From contig NC_086101.1 in NCBI RefSeq assembly GCF_963921235.1, positions 6,946,001 through 7,010,000 on the forward strand: a DNA stretch of 64,000 bases, read 5' to 3'. The notes under the pieces were generated by a model. That model saw only the letters and a list, made by a program, of their open reading frames with translations, had not been told where the DNA came from and did no database searches. Below are positions 55,538-64,000 of this stretch, piece by piece (the stretch's first letter is position 1; every line of letters starts with the position of its first letter). Both the position numbers and the translations under genes were made by a program. Source of the DNA: Mobula hypostoma (taxonomy: Eukaryota).

Positions 55538-56350
55538 TAGAAACATAGAAAGATAGAAAATAGGTGCAGGAGTAGGCCATTCGGCCCTTCGATCTGCACC
55601 GCCATTCTGTATGTTCATGGCTGATCATCCAACTCAGAACCCTGTACCTGCCTTCTCCACATACCCACGATCCCTTTAGCCACAAGGGCCATATCTAACT
55701 CCCTCTTAAATATCGCCAATGAACTGGCCTCAACTGTTTCCTGTGGCAGAGAATTCCACAGATTCACCACTCTCTGTGTGAAGAGCTTTTTCCTAATCTC
55801 GGTCCTAAAAGGTTTCCCCTTTATCCTCAAACTATGACCCCGCGTTCTGGACTTCCCCAACATCGGGAACAATCTTCCTGCATCTAGCCTGTTCAATCCC
55901 TTTAGGATTTTATACGTTTCAATCAGATCCCCCCTCAATCTTCTAAATTCCAATCAGTATAAGCCTAGTTCATCCAGTCTTTCAGCATATGAAAGTCCCG
56001 CCATCCCAGGAATCAATCTGGTGAACCTTCTTTGTATTCCCTCTATGGCAAGAATGTCTTTCCTCAGATTAGGGGACCAAAACTGCACACAATACTCCAG
56101 GTGTGGTCTCACCAAGGCCTTGTACAACTGCAGTAGTACCTCCCTGCTCCTGTACTCGAATCCTCTTGCTATGAATGGCAGCATACCATTCGCCTTTTTC
56201 ACCGCCTGCTGTACCTGCATGCCCACTTTCAATGACTGGTGTACAATGACACCCAGGTCTCGTTGCACCTCCCCTTTTCCTAATCGGCCACCATTCAGAT
56301 AATAATCTATTTTCCTATTTTTTCCACCAAAGTGGATAACCTCACATTTA
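55538..56350 (-). mobile_element. Young CR1 3' fragment, joined head-to-head to the next copy
   Basis: [13 protein letters not shown]...LVRPHLEYCVQFWSP...; tail at the left end. Confidence 0.93.
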
Positions 56351-58057
56351 AGGAGGGCATAAATAACCTTCCAGAAATAGTAGGGGACAGAGGGTCCAGT
56401 GAGATGGAGGAAATGAGCGAAATACATGTTAGTAGGGAAGTGATGTTAGGTAAATTGAAGGGATTGAAGGCAGATAAATCCCCAGGACCAGATGGTCTGC
56501 ATCCTAGAGTGCTTAAGGAAGTAGCCCAAGAAATAGTGGATGCATTGGTGATAATTTTTCAAAACTCTTTAGATTCTGGACGAGTTCCTGAGGATTGGAG
56601 GGTGGCTAATGTAACCCCACTTTTTAAAAAAGGAGGGAGAGAGATACCGGGGAATTATAGACCGGTTAGCCTAACGTCGGTGGTGGGGAAACTGCTGGAG
56701 TTAGTTATCAAGGATGTGATAATAGCACATTTGGAAAGCAGTGAAATCATCGGACAAAGTCAGCATGGATTTGTGAAAGGAAAATCATGTCTGACGAATC
56801 TCATAGAATTTTTTGAGGATGTAACTAGTAGAGTGGATAGGGGAGAACCAGTGGCTGTGGTACATTTGGATTTTCAAAAGGCTTTTGACAAGGTCCCACA
56901 CAGGAGATTAGTGTGCAAACTTAAAGCACACGGTATTGGGGGTAAGGTATTGGTGTGGGTGGAGAATTGGTTAGCAGACAGGAAGCAAAGAGTGGAAATA
57001 AACGTGACCTTTTCAGAATGGCAGGCGGTGACTAGTGGGGTACTGCAAGGCTCAGTGCTGGGACCCCAGTTGTTTACAATATATATTAATGACTTGGATG
57101 AGGGAATTAAATGCAGCATCTCCAAGTTTGCAGATGACACGAAGCTGGGTGGCAGTGTTAGCTGTGAGGAGGATGCAAAGAGGATGCAGGGTGACTTGGA
57201 TAGGTTGGGTGAGTGGGCAAATTCATGGCAGATGCAATTTAATGTGGATAAATGTGAAGTTATCCACTTTGGTGGCAAAAATAGGAAAACAGATTATTAT
57301 ATGAATGGTGGCCGATTAGGAAAAGGGGAGGTGCAACGAGACCTGGGTGTCATTATACACCAGTCATTGAAAGTGGGCATGCAGGTACAGCAGGCGGTGA
57401 AAAAGGCGAATGGTATGCTGGCATTTATAGCGAGAGGATTCGAGTACAGGAGCAGGGAGGTACTACTGCAGTTGTACAAGGCCTTGGTGAGACCACACCT
57501 GGAGTATTGTGTGCAGTTTTGGTCCCCTAATCTGAGGAAAGACATCCTTGCCATAGAAGGAGTACAAAGAAGGTTCACCAGATTGATTCCTGGGATGGCA
57601 GGTCTTTCATATGAAGAAAGACTGGATGAACTGGGCTTGTACTCGTTGGAATTTAGAAGATTGAGGGGGGATCTGATTGAAACGTATAAAATCCTAAAGG
57701 GATTGGACAGGCTAGATGCAGGAAGATTGTTCCAGATGTTGGGGGAAGTCCAGAACGAGGGGCCACAGTTTGAGGATAGAGGGGAAGCCTATTAGGACCG
57801 AGATTAGGAAAAACTTCTTCACACAGAGAGTGGTGAATCTGTGGAATTCTCTGCCACAGGAAACAGTTGAGGCCAGTTCATTGGCTATATTTAAGAGCGA
57901 GTTAGATATGGCCCTTGTGGCTACGGGGTTCAGAGGGAATGGAGGGAAGGCTGGGGTGGGGTTCTGAGTTGAATGATCAGCCATGATCATAATAAATGGC
58001 GGTGCAGGCTCGAAGGGCCGAATGGCCTACTCCTGCACCTATTTTCTATGTTTCTAT
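56349..58057 (+). mobile_element. Young 5'-truncated CR1 with an uninterrupted RT domain (ORF 56332..57795)
   Basis: [48 protein letters not shown] in one frame; a frameshift only near the C-terminus. Confidence 0.95.
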
Positions 58058-59129
58058 ATCTCCTCCACACTGAGGATCAACACTGATGCAGCTCAGGGAT
58101 GTGTGCTTAGCCCACTGCTCTACTGTTCTATACCAATGACAGAGTGACAAGAGATAGCTCAAACAGCATTTATAAATTTGCTGATGATACAACCATTGTT
58201 TGTAGAATCTCAGATGGAGTCGAGAAGGCGTACAGGAACAAGATATACCATCTAGTGGAGTGGTGTCGCAACAACCTTGCACTCAACGTCACTCAGTCAG
58301 ATGAAAGAGCTGATTGTGGACTTCAGTAGGGGTAAGACGAAGTAACACGTAGCAATCCTCATGGAGGCATCAGAATTGGAGACAGGGAGCAATTTCAAGT
58401 TCCTGGGTGTCAAGATCTCTGAGGACCTAGCTGGTGCCAAGATATCGATGCAGCTAAAAGGAAGGCAAGACAGTGGCTATACTTCATTAGGGGTTTGAAG
58501 AGATTTCGTATGTCAACAAATACACTCAAATACTTCTATAGATGTACCATGGAGAGCATTCTGACAGGCTGCATCACTCTCTGGTATGGGGTGGGGGGGG
58601 GGTGCTACTGCACAGGACCAAAAGAAGCTGCAGAGGGTCGTAAATATAGTCGGCTTCATCTTGGGTACTAGCCTACAGAGTACCTAGGCCATCTTCAAGG
58701 AGCGGTGTCTCAGAAAGGCAGCCTCCATTATCAAGGACGGCCAGCACCCAGGGCATGCCTTTTTCTCACTGTTACCATCAGGCAGGAGGCACAGACTCAG
58801 CGATTCAGAAACAGCTTCGTCCCCTCTGCTATCCGATTCCTAAATGGACATTGACCCCGTGAACAGTACCTCACGTTTTTAATATAATTGTTTTTGCACG
58901 ATTGTTCATCTATTCAATATACATATACTGCAATTGTTTTACTTATTCACTTACTTATTAGTTCTTGTTCTTCTATATTATGTATTGCATTGAACTGCTG
59001 CTGCTAAGCTGATACAAGCTGATTTGATTCTGATTGTGTTTCTGCTCTTCCTGCACCGTGAAACTTTAACAAGAAAATATGCAGATGCTGTAAATAGTTA
59101 ATCTCTCCCTCTCCCACTGTAGAGTACGG

Positions 59130-62100
59130 TAGATTAGATTCAACTTTATTGTCATTGTGCCGAGTACAGATACAAAGCCAATGAAATGCATTTAGCATCT
59201 GTCTAGAAATGCAAAGAATAATATTATTTACAACATAACTGTGAATAAAAAGTAAGTGCTACAGTACACAGATATAAAAGTACTGAGACAGTACAATACA
59301 GATGCAATACTGCTTAGCGCTGTGATGAGAAGTTCAGCAGGGCCACAGCCTCAGGGAAGAAGCTCTTCCTGTGCCTGCTGGTGCGGGAGCGGAGGCTCCT
59401 GTAGCGCCTACCGGATGGGAGGAGAGTAAAAAGTCTATGGTCAGGGTGAGATGCATCCCTGATAATGCTTTTCGCCCTGCCCATGCAGCGTTTATGGTAG
59501 ATGTTCTCAATGGTGGGCAATTGGGTGCCGATAATCCGCTGGGCAGTTTTCACCAAATGCTGGAGTGCTTTGCGGTCCGATACGGGACTATTGCCATACC
59601 AACTGAGATACATTTGGTGAGCATGCTCTCAATGGTACAGCGGTAAAAGTCCTTCAGTATCCTGGGACAATGGTGAGGTTTCTTCATGCTCCGCAGGAAA
59701 TAAAGGCGCTGTTGTGCCTTTTTGATCAGGATGCAGCAGTTCAGGGACTAGGTGAGATCAGAAAGGTGGACACCAAGGAATTTGAAGCTTGATACACGCT
59801 CCACTACAGTTCCGTTGATGTAGATGGGGACGTGAGTATGACCCCTGGCATGCCTGAAGTCCACAATGATCTCCTTGGCCTCCTGGGTGTTAAGGGCCAG
59901 ACTGATGTTGGCACACCATGCAGCCAGGTGCTGGATCTCATCCTTGTAGGCCATCTCGTCATAGAAAACATAGAAAATAGGTGCAGGAGTAGGCCATTCG
60001 GCCCTTCCAGCCTGCACCACCATTTATTATGATCATGGCTGATCATCCAACTCAGAACCCTGCACCACCCTTCCCTCCATACCCTATGATCCCCCTAGGC
60101 ACAAGGGCCATATCTAACTCCCTCTTAAATATAGCCAATGAACTGGCCTCAACTGTTTCCTGTGGCAGAGAATTCCACAGATTCACCACTCTCTGTGTGA
60201 AGAAGTTTTTCCAAATCTCAGTCCTAAAAGGCTTCGCCTTTATCCTCAAACCGTGACCCCTCGTTCTGGACTTCCCCAACATCGGGAACAATCTTCCTGC
60301 ATCTAGCCTGTCCAATCCCTTTAGGATTTTATACGTTTCAATCAGATGCCCCCTCAATCTTCTAAATTCCAACGAGTACAATCCTAGTTCGTCCAGTCTT
60401 TCTTCATATGAAAGTCCTGCCATCCGAGGAATCAATCTGGTGAACCTTCTTTGCACTCCTTCTATGGCAAGGATGTCTTTCCTCAGATTAGGGGACCAAA
60501 ACTGCACACAATACTCCATGTGTGGTCTCACCAAGGCCTTGTACAACTGCAGTAGTACCTCCCTGCTCCTGTACTCGAATCCTCTTGCTATAAATGCCAG
60601 CATACCATTCGCCTTTTTCACTGCCTGCTGTACCTGCATGCTCACTTTCAATGACTGGTGTATAATGACACCCAGGTCTCATTGCACCTCCCCTTTTCCT
60701 AATCGGCCACCATTCAGATAATAATCTGTTTTCCTATTTTTGCCACCAAAGTGGATAACTTCACATTTATCCACATTAAATTGCATCTGCCATGATTTTT
60801 CCCACTCACCCAACCTATCCAACTCACCCTGTGAGCATCCTCCTCACAGCTAACACTGCCGCCCAGCTTCGTGTCATCCACAAACTTGGAGATGCTGCAT
60901 TTAATTCCCTCATCCAAGTCATTAATATATATTGTAAACAACTGGGGTCCCAGCACTGAGCCTTGCGGTACCCCACTAGTCACTGACTGCCATTCTGAAA
61001 AGGTCCCGTTTATTCCCACTCTTTGCTTCCTGTCTGCTAACCAATTGTCTATCCACATCAATACCTTACCCCCAATACCGTGTGCTTTAAGTTTGCACAC
61101 TAATCTCCTGTGTCGGACCTTGTCAAAAGCCTTTTGAAAATCCAAATATACCACATCCACTGGTTCTCCTCTATCCACTCTACTAGTTACATCCTCAAAA
61201 AATTCTATGAGATTCGTCAGACATGATGTTCCTTTCCAGAACGAGGGGTCACAGTTTGAGGATAGAGGGGAAGCCTTTTAGGACCGAGATTAGGAAAAAC
61301 TTCTTCATACAGAGAGTGGTGAATCTGTGGAATTCTCTGCCACAGGAAACAGTTGAGGCCAGTTCATTGGCTATATTTAAGAGGGAGTTAGATATGGCCC
61401 TTGTGGCTACGGGGGTCAGGGGGTATGGAGGGAAGGCTGGGGCAGGGTTCTGAGTTGGATGATCAGCCATGATCATAATAAATGGCGGTGCAGGCTCGAA
61501 GGGCCGAATGGCCTACACCTGCACCTATTTTCTATGTTTCTATGTTTCACAAATCCATGCTGACTTTGTCCGATGATTTCACCGCTTTCCAAATGTGCTG
61601 TTATCACATCTTTGATAACTGACTCGAGCAGTTTCCCCACCACCGACGTTAGGCTAACCAGTCTATAATTCCCCGGTTTCTCTCTCCCTCCTTTTTTAAA
61701 AAGTGGGGTTACATTAGCCACCCTCCAATCCTCAGGAACTAGTCCAGAATCTAACGAGTTTTGAAAAATTATCACTAATGCATCCACTATTTCTTGGGCT
61801 ACTTCCTTAAGCACTCTGGGATGCAGACCATCTGGCCCTGGGGATTTATCTGCCTTAAATCCCTTCAATTTAACTAACACCACTCCTCTACTAACATGTA
61901 TTTTGCTCAGTTCCTCCATCTCACTGGACCCTCTGTCCCCTACTATTTCTGGAAGATTATTTATGTCCTCCTTCGTGAAGACAGAACCAAAGTAGTTACT
62001 CAATTGGTCTGCCATGTCCTTGCTCCCCATAATCAATTCACCTGTTTCTGTCTGTAGGGGACCTACATTTGTCTTTACCAGTCTTTTCCTTTTTACATAT

Positions 62101-62680
62101 CTATAAAAGCTTTTACAGTCAGTTTTTATGTTCCCTGCCAGTTTTCTCTCATAATCTTTTTTCTCCTTCCTAATTAAGCCCTTTGTCCTCCTCTGCTGAA
62201 CTCTGAATTTCTCCCAGTCCTCAGGTGAGCCACTTTTTCTGGCTAATTTGTATGCTTCTTCTTTGGAATTGATACTATCCCTAATTTCTCTTGTCAGCCA
62301 AGGGTGCACTATCTTCCTTGATTTATTCTTTTGCCAAACTGGGATGATCCCCTCTGATCAGACCAACCACCGTGGTGTTGTCTGCGAACTTGATAATGGA
62401 GTTAGAACCATGTACAGGAGTGCAGTCATAGATGAAAAGGGAGTATAGAAGAGGGCTCAGCACACAGCCTTGAGGTACTCCGGTGTTCAGGGTGAGAGTG
62501 GAGGAGAAGAGGTTGTCTAACTAAACTTATCGGAGTCTGTTAGTCAGAAAAGTCAATGAAGAACATTCTGACGTAAGAGTTGGGGCTGTCCAGGTGGGTC
62601 AGGGCAGAGTGAAGTGCCATGGAGGTGGAGTCCTCTGTTGACCTGTTGGTGCGATAGGCAAATAGATGGGCTCCAGGGTA
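59130..62680 (-). mobile_element. Rex1-type LINE interrupted by a young CR1 (59961-62346, -), itself interrupted by a CR1 3' fragment (61237-61544, +)
   Basis: Rex1 reading ...GLIRGD|DEMAYKDE... is split at 62346/59960; CR1 ORFs 60052..60651, 60714..61178 and 61473..62309; the nested fragment has its own tail. Confidence 0.88.
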
Positions 62681-62699
62681 GAGGGCAGACAGGATTTCA

Positions 62700-63990
62700 G
62701 ATGTGATAGAACTGTACTGCACCTTCCTGCTTCAAATTATCCTCCATTGTCCCTGTACCAAACAAGACCAAGGTAACATGCCTGAACAACTGACATCCTG
62801 TTGCACTCACCTCAATAATAAGCAATTGCTTTGAGAGTTTGGTCAAGGATTACATCAGCAGCATCCACACTAGACCCCCTACAATTTGCCTACTGACACA
62901 TCCGCTCAACAGGCGATGCACTTAATAGCCACTGCTCTACATACCGTCCTTACATTTCTGGAGAAGTGGGATGCTTATGTGAGAATACTATTCTTGGACT
63001 ACAGCATTCAACACCATAATTCCCTCCAGGCTCAACAGGAAGCTCGAGACCTCGGGCCTTGACCCTGCCTTGTGCAGCTGGATCCTGGACTTCCTGTCAG
63101 ATTGTCAGCAGGTGTTAAGAGTGGGCTTCCTCACCTCCACCCCTCTGACTCTCAATACACGAGCTCCTCAGGGCTGTGTCGCCACCCACAGCTCTAATCT
63201 GCTAATTAAATTTGCTGACGACACTACATTGAGGTGGCCTACAGGGAAAAAGTCATCTCTCTGACATAGTGGTGTCAAGAAAACAACGGCTTACTCAATG
63301 TCGCAAAAACAAAAGAGCTGGTTGTAGATTACTGGAGGAATGGAGACGGGCTAACCCCTATTGACATCAATGGATCTGGGTTGAGAGGGTAAACAACTTC
63401 AAGTTCTTCGGCATCCATATCACCGAGCACCTCACGTGGTCTGTACACACCAACTGTGTGGTGAAGAAGGCACAACAGCACCTCTTCCACCTCAGACAGT
63501 TGAGGAAGTTCGGTATGGGTCCCCAGATCCTAAGTACTTTCTATAGGGCACAATTGAGAGCATCCTGACCGGTATGGGGACTGTACCTCCCTTAATCGCA
63601 GGATTCTGCAGAGAGTGGTGCCGACAGCCCAGCACATTTGTACTTGTGAACTTCCAATGATTCCGGACATTTACAAAGACAGGTGTGTAAAAAGGGCCCG
63701 TAGGCTCATTGGGGACCCAAGACACCCCAACCACAATCTATTCCAGCTGCTACCATCCGGGAAATGGTACCGCAGCATAAAAGCCAGGACCAACAGACTC
63801 CGGGACAGCTTCTTCCACCAGGCCATCAGACTGATTAACTCACACTGATCTGAGTGTACTTCTATGTGACACTGACTGTTCTATTTATTATAAATTACTA
63901 TGATTGCACATTTAGATGGAGAGGTAATATAAAGATTTTTACTCCTCATGTACCTGAAGGATGTAAGAAATAAAGTCAATTCAATTCAAT
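62700..63990 (+). mobile_element. Rex1/Babar-type LINE 3' part with (ATTCA)n tail
   Basis: CSWILDFL...APQGC, KFADDTT, HNLFQLLPSGKWYRSIKARTNRLRDSFFHQAIRL; AATAAA followed by CAATT repeats. Confidence 0.8.
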
Positions 63991-64000
63991 CCAAGCAACA

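Noticed and set aside
56332..57795. 487-aa ORF as a host gene or autonomous element
   Set aside because: 5'-truncated CR1 without endonuclease or ORF1; the apparent start comes from the adjacent inverted copy.
52359..61137. Repeated antisense ORFs (MNLLCTPSMA..., [10 protein letters not shown]...)
   Set aside because: Shadow frames on the opposite strand of CR1 RT; they recur only because the CR1 copies recur.

Overview
Vertebrate genomic DNA, most likely a cartilaginous fish such as a ray (inferred from the style of the CR1, Penelope-like, Rex1, TRIM and GPR139-like sequences; not verified). Most of the window is layered retrotransposon debris: CR1 LINEs (one near full length and a cluster of young copies at 51.9-62.3 kb), Penelope-like elements (PLEs; RT plus GIY-YIG), Rex1/Babar-type LINEs, L1 and Tx1 fragments, an RTE-derived element, a Gypsy 5' LTR with PBS and gag, and three solo LTRs. 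Host genes: (i) a minus-strand TRIM gene (RING, B-box, coiled coil) with four coding exons read from splice sites (7720-7310, 7231-7136, 6323-6090, 30-8), continuing off the left edge; (ii) an orphan SPRY 3' fragment at about 23.3 kb; (iii) a broken GPR139-like GPCR pseudogene at 30.15-31.1 kb. Most notable observations: palindromic PLE-derived insertions with 11-14 bp target-site duplications (TSDs) that carry minimal hammerhead ribozyme motifs (one intact at 11326-11363; one hairpin inserted in frame in CR1 ORF1; one with a captured Tx1 endonuclease fragment); a ~450 bp non-coding module (CTCF-like site, ETS site, splice donor) present twice 20 kb apart; and a TSD-flanked inverted local copy with an end inversion at 35.07-35.93 kb. 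I cannot support a wholly new system from the sequence alone. All family assignments are by eye, without database searches, and boundaries of old repeats are approximate.
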